Below, piece after piece: positions 1 to 10,883 of a stretch of 64,000 nucleotides of DNA (position 1 is the first letter of the stretch; each line of letters begins with the position of its first letter). This DNA comes from Lama guanicoe (lineage: Eukaryota), in the NCBI GenBank assembly GCA_013239625.1, contig MU053881.1, positions 4,671,957 to 4,735,956 on the forward strand. Direction: 5' to 3'. The translations under genes were made by a program, and so were the position numbers. The notes under the pieces are model-generated. The model did not search any database and was not told the origin of the DNA. It saw nothing but the letters and a program-made list of their open reading frames with translations.

Positions 1-819
1 AAGTTGCACCGCCAGACTGAATTCAAGCTTACCAGGTCAGGACCACATGTTGTCTCAAACTGCTGTCCTGCGGGCCTTCTCCCATGCTCTGGAGGTCTTA
101 AGAAGCCAGGCATGGAAATCACCCCAGGAGGATCTCTGCAAATTATAACTTGAAAGCAAAACTTGAGTCTTGCTTCATCCGTGCTTCACTCAGGGAACAC
201 AAATCTTCCAGCCCTTATGGTCCACGCTGGGGAAGGTGCCAAAAGCCACGGAGAGGGCAGAGCTGCTCTGGCTGGGAGTAACAGTGAGCCCCATTGATGG
301 ATGAAGCCACTGCCTGGACCAGACCTGCAGACATTGTGGACAGTCTCCTGCTCCTTGGATTCTAAAGACCAACCACAGCTCGGACCCCACACCTTGTCTG
401 CGACCCAGACACTGCTCCTGCTTCGCCATGTGGGGTTTCAGCAGACCATACGTGGCGTGTATGAGCTGGCCTCCTGCTGCCCTCCTGCCCTTCTGAACCA
501 AGCCACCAGCCCTGCCCAGCACCTGCTCTCCTCTGCACCAACTTCATCACTGCCGGCGACACATGCTGTTGAGCATCAAGTGTCAGACCGACATCCTCCA
601 CATGAAATCCCCCCCACTCGCCCACACTGCATGGATCGCATGAGTAGAGTAAGTAGTAAAAGGATACCCAGCAGTTGTCATAGGAAGACAAGTTATGAAA
701 AGTACAAGTAGGAATGGCAAGGAAGAAACAAGCCACAGCAGCCTGGCTTAAACTGCACTCGGTGACACACCAGGGCCATGCAATGCTGAAAGCTGTTTCT
801 ACCCCAGAAAGCACAGTCA

Positions 820-1015
820 GCTAGGTTTGGAAACTGCTGCTGCTAGCGACTCATACTTTAGCAAATTAAAGGCTCTGAGAAGGCCTGCAGGAAAGAAGGC
901 TGCTTATTTCCCTATTTAGCCCAACCTTTCCTAAATCGTTTTAACTACCCCCACTTTCCTTCTAGAATGTTTATTAATGTCTCATGAAACCAATGTTCAT
1001 CAGAATACTGGATGA
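820..1015 (-). mobile_element. hAT-Charlie MITE, MER103C-like
   Basis: ttagcaaattaaaggctctgagaaggcctgcagg...tttcctaaatcgtttta resembles the reverse complement of the MER103C core; a related copy lies at ~20320-20595. Confidence 0.6.
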
Positions 1016-1064
1016 TGCAGTCATGCTCTGAGGGCCATGGCCTCTTCTCTGGCTCTCACCAGCA

Positions 1065-1240
1065 TTCAAATGCCTGCTCTAGCAGTTTTCAGCAGTGTGA
1101 CCTCGGTCACGTTACTAAGTCTCTGGGTTTTCATTTTCTCATCAGTAAAATGGGGGTAAGGGTAGCCCCTGCTTCCTAGAGTGGCTGTGAGGATTAAATA
1201 AGCTAATGCATGAGGAATGCTTATAACAGTTAGAATAAAC
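1065..1240 (+). mobile_element. MIR SINE
   Basis: Core tgtgacctcggtcacgttact...ttttctcatcagtaaaatgggg...gtgaggattaaatgagctaatgcatg. Confidence 0.85.
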
Positions 1241-1254
1241 ATTGGCGGCAATGA

Positions 1255-1330
1255 TCACAATAATGATGATGATGATGAAGTAGGGGGAGGAGGAGGGGAA
1301 GGGGAGGGGGGAGGAGGAGGAAGATGAAGG
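1255..1330. repeat. (GAT)n then G/A-rich low-complexity tract with four G>=4 runs (G4-capable)
   Basis: gatgatgatgatgaagtagggggaggaggaggggaaggggagggggg. Confidence 0.8.
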
Positions 1331-1689
1331 CAACAGTCCTGTATTGGAAGACTCGCCACAGCTTACAAGTATGTTTCTCCCTGGAGTCAGGATTCTGATT
1401 AAAATCTTCTGTATGTCTCCAGCATCCAGCACAGGACCTGGATGATCCAAAATGTTTGTTGAATGACTAAAAAAAAATGGAAACTAGAAGTACAGCATAA
1501 GGAATCACAAAAAGTGACAGACTCTGGACAGCAACGACAGGTGAAAAGCAAAATGGAAGTTATCCCCCGGAATCGAGCCACAGTCCTCTTCCCTAAAAGG
1601 CATCCAGAGCTCCGATGATCACCTGGAGGGTGGGACAGGACCCCTGAGTCTCACACACACTGTCCCATGAGCTGGAGCTAACACACTGG

Positions 1690-1800
1690 CCCCCTTCAGG
1701 GCCAATTTATTGATCTACGATGTACCCTGGGATAGAAACAAGGCTGGTTAACTGAACCATTCAGACTCTTGGTCTTGGAGAAGGTGAATGAGAGACTTAC
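1690..1800 (-). other. Candidate terminal exon or recursive splice site of a minus-strand transcript
   Basis: Minus strand: long pyrimidine tract ...ctgaccctctag|GTAAGT at 1801/1800, AATAAA at 1711-1706, followed by GU-rich gtgtgtt. Confidence 0.3.
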
Positions 1801-2219
1801 CTAGAGGGTCAGCAGGTGGAGGGAGGGGGGAAGAGAGAGAAAAGGCGGGCAGCCAAAAGCAGAAGCAGTGAGGCGGCCAGGGCTGTGAGACCCAGGGAAA
1901 ACCACCTGGATAGAGCTGTAAGCTCTCACAAAATCCAAACCACAGAACAGAAACAGATCTCACCAGCCCTCTCCACTTCCTTGCACCAACTCTGGCTCTC
2001 TCCCCAGCACTGTGGATTCTTCTGTCCATTTTTTTTTCTTCTAGGTACATATCTGTGCATTTACACACCCATCCCGCACACGTTCATATTTTACTTAAAT
2101 GGTGAGCAAATTCACTTAGTGCCAACATCCCTGTCAGACTGGACTCGGGCTTGCCCCGAGGGAATGCAGGAGGGAGCCCTGCCCAGTGTGGAGAGCTGAG
2201 GCAGCACGAGGGAGCCGCT

Positions 2220-2822
2220 GAGGGTGCAAGAGACCAGATGGCCCCTCTCCTCCAGCAGAGCTTCCCCAGGCTCCCAGTTTGGTCTCATTAGAGCCAAGGT
2301 CCCCACAGCCTCCAAGACCCCCACAGTGAGGCCCTGCCCCACTCCGCCACCTTGCCAGCCCACCTTCCATGTGCATCCCCACCTCAGTGCACCTGACTCC
2401 CTCCATCCTGGCCTCCCTTCTCTCCCTAGAACGTCCCACGCCCTTTCCCAATTTAGGGATTTCGCACTGGCTGTTCCCACCACCTGGGACACTTTATCTC
2501 TAGACAGCCACCTCCCCTCCTTCAAGTTTCTGCTCCAACGCCCCCTCCCCAGTAAGGTCCTCCCTCAGGTGCTGCTGCAATCTGCCAACCCCCACCCCCA
2601 TCCCCATCCCCCTCATCCTGCCAGCCTCTCCCCTTTCCGTAGCACTTAGCGGCTTTTAATAGATGAGATCATTGGCTTATTTATTAGTTTACCATTTACT
2701 GCCTGAACCCCACAAAAATCTAAGTTCCACAAGGGCAGGCATCTTAACTGTCTTGGTCACCAGTGCATCTCAAGTACCTACAACACATCTAACAGGCACT
2801 CGATAAAAATTACGTGAATGGA
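2220..2822 (+). mobile_element. L2 LINE 3' region
   Basis: gggatttcgcactggctgttcccaccacctggg...taagttccacaagggcaggcatc...aggcactcgataaaaattacgtgaatg matches the L2 3' end. Confidence 0.8.
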
Positions 2823-3464
2823 CACACAGATGGATGGGCTCAAGGCAACAAGCGACAAGTCACAATGTAAGGGAGACGAGATTTCCGCTGTCACAAGAGA
2901 CAGGGGCTGGAGTGATTTCATCTGGGCATCAAAGGAGGTGGAAACTTGGGCCACTGAGATGGGGAGAAGGGTATCTAGAGATTGATACCCCCCAAAACTC
3001 CTAATGGGGATTTTCTACAGGGCTGGGATTATGAGCAATTTGCATTTTAAATTTTACATGTTTCCTACTATACAGAAGTACAAACAAATACATATAGTAA
3101 TAGGTAACATAATATTTTTATATTTTATACATTATATTTAAAATATATATTTGTCACATAGTGTTTGAATTTTCATAATGAACCTCCATATACCTTTTGT
3201 AATATTAAACTGAAAAAGTAAAGCAAATGAATGCACACAGCAACACAGTCCATGCCAGCAAGGAGACTCCAAGCCCTGAGGTCTGAGGCCCTGGCTCCAG
3301 CCTCCCAAGTCAGGGATGGGTCACCATGAGCATCAGGGAAGGACAAGATATCTTTGTGGTGCAACCAACAGCCCCAAATGCCTGACTTTGGGGCCTGAGC
3401 CCCAGCCTTAACCTAGTCTCCTCTCCTAGTGACAGAGCCCTGATGTTCCTCGGGGAGGTTTTAG

Positions 3465-3490
3465 ACACACACACACACACACACACACAC
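3465..3490. repeat. (AC)13 microsatellite
   Basis: Directly visible. Confidence 0.95.
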
Positions 3491-3499
3491 CACTGCAGG

Positions 3500-3800
3500 G
3501 GAGAAGATGACCCAGGCCTGGTCACTCAGAGCATCAGAGAGTCATTCAGGGGTGGGCATGGAACCCACTCAGGGCTCTTACTGGAAACTTACTTCCTTAT
3601 TGAAAGTTTTCCACTGGACTAGTCTGCCCAGTGCTGCTGGAGGCCATCCTGCCACCATGAGGAGAGCACCAGCTTGAGGACAGAGTCAGCACAGAGAGAC
3701 AGTGGGAGCTCCAGATGCATCATTTGGGCACCTGGATACAGCTGTGCCTGAAGCAGCTATGCCTGTCCTGCTCAGTGTGATGAACTGATTGTGTTTAGCT
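3500..3800 (+). mobile_element. ERVL-MaLR LTR (MLT1K/L-like)
   Basis: gctggaggccatcctgccaccatgaggagagc...cacctggatacagctgtgcctgaagc. Confidence 0.7.
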
Positions 3801-4755
3801 CAGTCTTCTCAGATCCAGTTAATACAGGGATTTGGGTGTTTCCTGGACTCTCCCCTCATGGGTCTCAATAAGAACACATGTGGCGGAGTTTCGTGAATAT
3901 AAGATACTACTGGAGTAGGGAGCACCCCTGCTCCGTGCAGACCACACCCCTCCCCCAGTGCCTTTGGCTGTTTCTGGTGCTCTTCCCCCACCTTCCATGT
4001 GTTTTTGTTTCCTAAAGCCTGAACCTGTGAGACGTGCTTGGGACTTCATGCCCCTCTGGGTGGCCCTGAGCCAGTGGCTGAAGGTCGTGGGGTATGGAAG
4101 CCCAGATCTCTTGCTCTGAGAGGCGAGTTCCAACCTAGCAGGATCAGGCCGAAGCCAGCCCATGGGCTCTGTCTAGAGCCACCATCTTGCTTGGTTTCAG
4201 GTCTGCTTCCTACCGTTCCTGCCTTCCCTTGGAGCACGCACTTCAGACGTCAAATGCACACAAATCCTCTGAGGGACAGGAGGCGTCAGGTGCAAACAGG
4301 CCCAGCCAGGTGGGCTCTGACATCCCCAGAGAGCCAGGAGCCAGGGTGCCGGGAGATCATCACTCCACCACCCCCAGCAGACCACACGCAGCACGCAGTC
4401 TGCTGCTTCTCCCCTTCCTCCTGGCAGCCACAGAGGACGGGGCAAGCCACCTCCAGAATACTCACCACCTTGGCTGTCACATGGGAAGGGAGACCAGCCC
4501 AGCTCCCTGCCAGAGAGGAAGGACAGCAGGGACCTCTAGGGACTCTCAGGCACGCAGTCTTTCCTCTCCACTCCAAGCCCTGGACTCAAAGCCAGTCTGC
4601 ACAATGCACTCAGATTCCTCCCCTTTCAACCTCTCCTTCATCTCACCACACTGCCTCCAGAATGTCTGGTGGTCACCAGCTCAACTATCATGGTCTGATG
4701 GCTGGAACTCTAACGGGTCGCTCTCCAGACCCACCTTGGCTGGGCCCTCCCGTGC

Positions 4756-4774
4756 CACGTGCCGGGGCCACGTG
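4756..4774. promoter_or_regulatory. Tandem canonical E-boxes CACGTG-N7-CACGTG
   Basis: gcCACGTGccggggcCACGTGg, both CpGs intact; function untested. Confidence 0.35.
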
Positions 4775-5102
4775 GTGGGCACTGCAGTCTCACCTACTCC
4801 CAGGGATGCGGGCAGCCAGAGCTGAATTTCTAGATCCTTTGCTGCCACAGGATAAGCTTTTACACAGAACTCAAGAAAAAGGAGGCCCTCACTTCGTGGC
4901 AGTGGTCACTCTGCGGTGTGGCTCCTGACTTTGTAGACAAAATGACCACAAGGAGTGAGCAGACCCTGTCCCAGCATTGAGTGGGCACCACTTTCGTCAT
5001 CTCAGGAGCCACTCCGCCGCTAAACAGCAAGAACCGCCTAGACCAGGTCCCTTTGAAGGCTCCTATGAGGAGCAGGTGGCGTGACAAGACACATACATCA
5101 AA

Positions 5103-5385
5103 CCTGGGTCACAGTGATTGGTTGCGAGTGGACATGTGACTACAGCCAGGCCAATGAGAGCTGACAGTGGACTCGGGGGAATGGAGATGCTGCCTTCCTG
5201 TTAGATGTGAAGCTGGGAGCATGTAAGACTGGAAAGACCAGAAGTCACCATGGGGAGGGTTTGTTCAAGAGTGAAGTCCGTGCATCCTCTTCTCTGTTGT
5301 TGGGGTTTTGTTGTTTTTGTTATTGTTTTCTTCCAATTTTGAATTACGTTTTCTGTCACTTGCAACCAAAAGCATAATAACCAAT
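5103..5385 (+). mobile_element. ERVL-MaLR LTR (old MLT1)
   Basis: cacagtgattggttg...catgtgactacagccaggccaatgaga...ttttctgtcacttgcaaccaaaagcat. Confidence 0.7.
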
Positions 5386-5779
5386 AGAAATACCGATGGA
5401 TGCAGTACAAGAGAAGAAAATGCCTGTAGCCTCAGCTCTGCCACTAACTTGCCATATGGCTTTGGTCAGGGCCGTTAACATCTAAAACAGACATGGAGAG
5501 GTGACGGACAGATCTCTTCCTGGGCTCTGGGCAGAACACACCAAGCTTGCTTTGCCTTCACCTTCCCTTCCGTGGAATTCTCCTTCAAAGCCCAGTTCGA
5601 ACCGGCTCTTCTCTCCCAAGCCCTTAGGGACTCCTCCTGCTTTGAACTCCTGCAGCGTTTACCTGTCTGTGCCACTCACTGGTTCTCACACCACTTTGAG
5701 ATTTTCAGGTCACAGTCCATGCATATGTGCTGTGTCCCCACCGCCCCAAACCTCCTGAGAGTAGCTAGGTGCATTACCA

Positions 5780-5950
5780 TAGCCCAGGCCCTGTGCGAAG
5801 AAACCCATTCTATGCAGACTCATACAATGCTCACAGCCATCCTGCATGTTAGTATCTCATGATCCCCGTTTTAAAGATGAGTAAGGGAAGCTGGAGAAAA
5901 AAAATAGTTCACTTGCCAGAGCTCACCCAGCCAGATGTGCCAAAGCAGGG
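5780..5950 (-). mobile_element. MIR SINE
   Basis: aatgctcacagccatcctg...atccccgttttaaagatgag...cacttgccagagctcacccagc. Confidence 0.7.
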
Positions 5951-6632
5951 ATTCTTCGGGATGATACACTTCCAGGTCATATCACTTTGCTTTGTAGACA
6001 CACACCCTCAGCCCAATGTTGCCAGTCACATTTCAAGTCCTCCCAAACATCTGCTGACAGAGTCATCTGTTGTGAGTGGATTTCCGGAAGGTGCAGGTCA
6101 GGCAAGAGGAAAGACTGGTGGCATATGGGGCTGCCTCTCCAGGAGGGCCAGGTTTGAGAGTGGACAGAGAAGCATCCTGATGGATGAGGCTCCCCCTGCC
6201 CCTGGTCCATCTGCTCCACTCAGCTCCAGCCACTGCACAGAGCCCCATCCACTGCCTGGACACAAGGGAGGGGTCCTTCCCAGGGAATCCCAAGACAGCC
6301 CTTGGGAGCTGGGAAGGCAGCTGGCTCACAGGCAAGCGATTCTCCCCTGGAACAGAAGAAATTCCATCCTGATCAAGAACTGGCATTGTCAATCCAATCC
6401 AGACAACACACACTTCATTAGCCAAACCCTGAGCTGGTCCCAAGGGTTAATTTGGTTAACAGACACTGAAGCAAACCAAAGTGGTTTTTTCCAGGAAAAA
6501 AAAACAAAAATTAGCAGACCAGTTTGAACCTGAGCTGTACCTGTATATTTTCTAAGACTATTGAACAGGAACCAAAATCAGATATCAAAATGTTCCATGA
6601 ATGGAACCCATATTCATCCAATCCAAGTTTTT

Positions 6633-7236
6633 TTTTAATCTTTTTTTTCAGTTATATATGAGCATACATATATTCATTGTCACATTTATTTTTTGCTGTG
6701 AGCTACCACAAGCTCTTGCATATATTTCCCTGTGCTATACAGATAATCTTCTTTATCTAGTCTACATTTTGAAATCCCAGTCTGTCCCTTCCCACCCCCT
6801 GCCCCCTTGGCATCCACAAGTTTGTATTCTATGTCTATGAGTCTGTTTCTGTTTTGTATTTATGTTCTTTTTTTTTTTTAGATTCCACATATGCGCGATC
6901 TCATATGGTATATGATATTTTTCTTTGTCTTTCTGGTTTACTTCACTTAGAATGACATTCTCCAGGGACATCCATGTTGCTGCAAGTGGCATTATGTTGT
7001 TGTTTTTATGGCTAAATAGTATTCCATTGTATAGATATACCACATCTTCTTTATCCAGTCATCTGTTGATGGACATTTAGGCTGTTTCCATGTCTTGGCT
7101 ATTGTAAATAGCGCTGCTATGAACATTGGGGTGCAGGTGTCTTTTTGAAGTAGGGTTCCTTCTGGAGATATACCCAGGAGTGGGATTCCTGGGTCATATG
7201 ATAAGTCTATTCCTAGTCTTTGGAGGAATCTCCATA
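6633..7236 (-). mobile_element. Young 5'-truncated L1 (ORF2 C-terminus plus 3' UTR)
   Basis: Minus-strand peptide IMPLAATWMSLENVILSEVNQKDKEKY matches the L1 ORF2 C-terminus; poly(T) at left; probable TSD caagttttt (6624-6632) / caagttctt (7237-7245) followed by ga, an L1-endonuclease-type site. Confidence 0.92.
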
Positions 7237-8199
7237 CAAGTTCTTGATTTGAAAAGGCATTCAGGACAGAGCATCTCAGCTCCCTGTGTGGCTCTGTGGG
7301 ATGTGTAACTGTGTTCTCAGAAAGTCGGTGTGAAGAATGGAGAAGAATGCTGGCTTTTTAAAAACGTGGTTTAAGAAAATGTTATTTTCTTTTAACCTTC
7401 CATAAAGATGAATCAGAAATTTTCAGAGCATTCAGTTCCTCTTGTATTGGCAAAAGCATTTCAAGAATGGGTCCATTACAATAATACAGCCTAAAAGCAG
7501 CCAAGAGGCAGAGCCATAGGTCCTGGTTCCAACTGTCCAGGTGACCTCAGGCACGTTGTTCCAGAGCTGAGGTCCCCAGGAGTCAAGGGCAAGGCTGGCT
7601 CTTGAACAGCATGACCCAGCCCACCTGACACTGGGCATGAGGGGCCTCTTGTAGAAGGGCTGACCCACACGAAAGCATCTGATGCCAGATGTCACGCCCC
7701 AGAGGAGAGTGCACTGGGCCATCTGGACTGTCCCATTCTCATTCCACCCCAGCCTCGGACAAGCAGCTTAGAGGGTCCCAGAGCGGGAACCAAGAGGCCT
7801 ATCTGCTGAGAGTCCCCCAGCCATAAACACAGGCTGACCACACCAGTCCCTGGTCCTGGAGAAAGAGGATGCTGTGCGGAGATGGGGAGCTGATGTCACT
7901 ACCATCAGCTCGATGCACCATCACAGCATAAACTAGTGGGAAGAGCCATTCCATTGACCGGAGATCAATTACTCCTGTTTTAGAAAGACCAAGGGCTCTC
8001 AAATGGCTAGCAGCAGTTCCCCTGGGGTACAGGAGCAGAGCAGGAGACAGGGAGAACTCTGCTTTCTACTCTACACTCGTACCCATCATCTGGAGGCTTC
8101 ATGAGGCGCATGCATGCACTGCATTTACAACGCTTAAAATAAATTTAAAACGGCTAAAATGCATATACATATTTTATATATATATATATATATAAAAAT

Positions 8200-9110
8200 A
8201 AGCTAAGCACATAATAAAGGTAGAAACAACAGAGTGAAAGATTGATGCACTTAATTGCATAAAATTGAAAAGCTTTTGTTTGTTAAAAAAAAAGAAATTA
8301 CATTAAATTAAATTATATTAGGAGGGAAAATATTTACAATATTAATACTAGTAAATATTTACTATCCTTAATGTAGAAAAAGCACTTAGGGAAAAACCAC
8401 ACTGTAATAACAAAAAAATGAGCAACAGACATAAATAAGCAATTCATGGAAGAAGAAATACACGTGGCCAAAAAACAAAGTACACATCCCCACCGATAAC
8501 TGAGGACACACAGTGAGAATGAGGTAACGTTTTTGCCTATCAAGCTAGCAAATACATGTCAAAAATTTTTTTAAATACTCGTTGACAGGAAGACAGACAA
8601 GTAAAGAATCTCATACACTGTTCATAGGATGGCAAATTGGTAAAATCTTTTTGGAAGGCAACATTGCGAAGCCTATTAACCATTTTTTAAATATGCGTGC
8701 ACTTTTACATAGCAAATCCATCTCTAAGCATTTATCCCTAAGGAAAATCATCATGACCAGAGATGCATGCGTTTGGATGTCCAATGAAGCATTGTTTATA
8801 ACAGCAAAAAGTTGGAAATAGCCTCACTGTCCAAACAATGCAAGACTGGTTTAATATATTATGGCATTATACGCAGGGAGTAACCATGCAGATATTAAAA
8901 TGATGACAGAGAAAATATGAAACAACATGGAAATGTTCAAGATATATGAAGTGAAAAACACTGGTTACAAATGGTTTGTACGACATGAAACCACTTTTAT
9001 AAATAAGCATAGATACATATCCAAGTTGGATTTTTAAGTATCTGATCTTAGGCTATTTCAATTTCCTTTCTGCATTTTTTTGTAATTAAAAATCTGCATT
9101 TTTTAAATTA
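8200..9110 (+). mobile_element. Ancient L1M (L1MC/ME) 3' portion, preceded by (TA)n at ~8175-8194
   Basis: aacagacataaataagcaattcatggaagaagaaatac...gcattgtttataacagcaaaaagttggaaatagcc. Confidence 0.75.
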
Positions 9111-10746
9111 AAAAGACCCAATGCTGAAACGCATCCAAGAATCATTTCCAAGTAATCAATCAGGAAACAAACATCTTTAAATCAACAAGTTAAGAACCAA
9201 AGACATATCAAATAAGATAAAGTAGTATCAATTGTTCCAAATAACCCTTCCAATTAATCTTCTATGCCTTTTTCTGTTCTTTTTTTTTTTTTTTTGTAAA
9301 ACCACAGAATGGGAGTTCATACAGATGAGGTCATTGCGTTGCAAAACTTGCTGGACAGGGACAACATTCTAAAGTCATAACCTACTCTTACCCACAGAAA
9401 AGAAGATAGGAAACTTGCTCCCTTATTTTCCTAGAAGAAGACAAATGCATCTTGAAAACTCAAGGTGTAAAGGCTGAAGCCAGACTTCACAGGGTTCTGG
9501 GACCAGGATGGTATGGTTCAACATTGCTTCACGCCAGTGTGAAACAGAGAAAGAAAGAGGTATCTTTAAGAGAAAATGCTATTTGCAAGCTGCAAAATAC
9601 TGATGTACAAAGCTAAGAAGAAAAAAAGAAAAGAGCAATGAAGAGAATTACAGATCCTCAGTACCCTGCCTAGCACTTCCGGGGCTAGAATGCACACACG
9701 CACGCATGCCTTGCACATAGTAGCTGCTCAGTAAATACTGACTGGATAATGCTGGTGGCAAGTTTCACTAAGCTTACACCAGTCTTCGATTTGACCACAC
9801 ATCCTTAACCAGAAATATCTTCCCTCTCAGTGGAGGCCAGCACAAAACATTGAGGCCACAGAACTAAGACTTTTAGGACATCTCAATTAAGAAGAAAGTT
9901 AGACACACAAAAGAGCGTAAATGGGATGCTAATGGATTAATCCACTGATATCACTTCTCCACTGTCTCTAGGGAGAGCTTGCCAAGCAGGTGCTAACATT
10001 CAGAAATGGTGAAGCATAACCGGTCAGTCCATTTCTACTCCTTGTCAGACACATCCATGTGCTGGAAATAATGTCTCCTTGGTTCATTCAAGTCTTTGGG
10101 GCAAGTCTGTTTTTACTCATGTGTGAATTTCTAATGTAACCTAATGAACTCCAGAGTCACCATATCCCCTGTTATTGGATTATTGATCCTTCCCAGGATC
10201 CAGACAAGAGCTCTTTCTGATCTTCAACCTAACATGGAGAGAGAATTTCTCACTTCTAACCTATCATTTTTTTGAATGGATGATAGGATTGTAAAAGAAA
10301 TTTATCTTCACTGGCTTTCCACCACCCGGGGGATCTTTTTTTTTTCCCACTGTTTGCGCATTTCCTACCAACCAAATCGCAGGCTGTTCAGACGGCTGAT
10401 GAGCACAGTATATCATCTCGCTTGGAAACGATCTGCAGCTAAACCTCTCTTAACCGTAATTCTCATAGAAGAGGGTATTCTGTTTTCTTCCAGAGACCTG
10501 CTTGGCAGAAAGCTAGAGAGAAAATTTCCCAGGGGAAGGTTTTTGTACAGAAGGTGGGTTTCAGAAGGTCTTTGGAGGGGATCAGATGAAAGCTTCTCCA
10601 ACGTGAAGCTGTTAGACATTACAGCCAGGAAATATTTGCTGAATGGGGTTATGCGAATATATTAAGGGTTTTAGTCCTAAAAGAAAAGGACCGAGAAAGA
10701 CCTTATGACCAGAGCAAAGGGACGACACTCAAAATCAGACTGACAT

Positions 10747-10883
10747 CATTTTATAAATAGTAGTTTGTATCTGCAAATCCCGAACTCCCAATTTATCCCT
10801 CTACGCAACCCCTGCCCCCAAGCTGCACACTAGAAATTAACACAGCATTGTAAACCAACTATACTTCAGTAAAAAATATTTTA
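10747..10883 (+). mobile_element. Short L1 3'-end insertion with 5' inversion (twin priming)
   Basis: Antisense L1 3' UTR piece (~10748-10819) joined to sense L1 terminus and A tail (~10820-10876); TSD aaaatcagactgacat (10731-10746) / aaaatcagatggacat (10884-10899). Confidence 0.8.

Noticed and set aside
4038..4928. Longest ORF (296 aa, +) and overlapping 212-aa ORF
   Set aside because: Non-ATG start, P/S/R/G-rich composition typical of GC-rich non-coding DNA, several frames open on both strands, no recognisable domain
5859..6527. 222-aa ORF (+)
   Set aside because: Begins inside an antisense MIR; no recognisable homology
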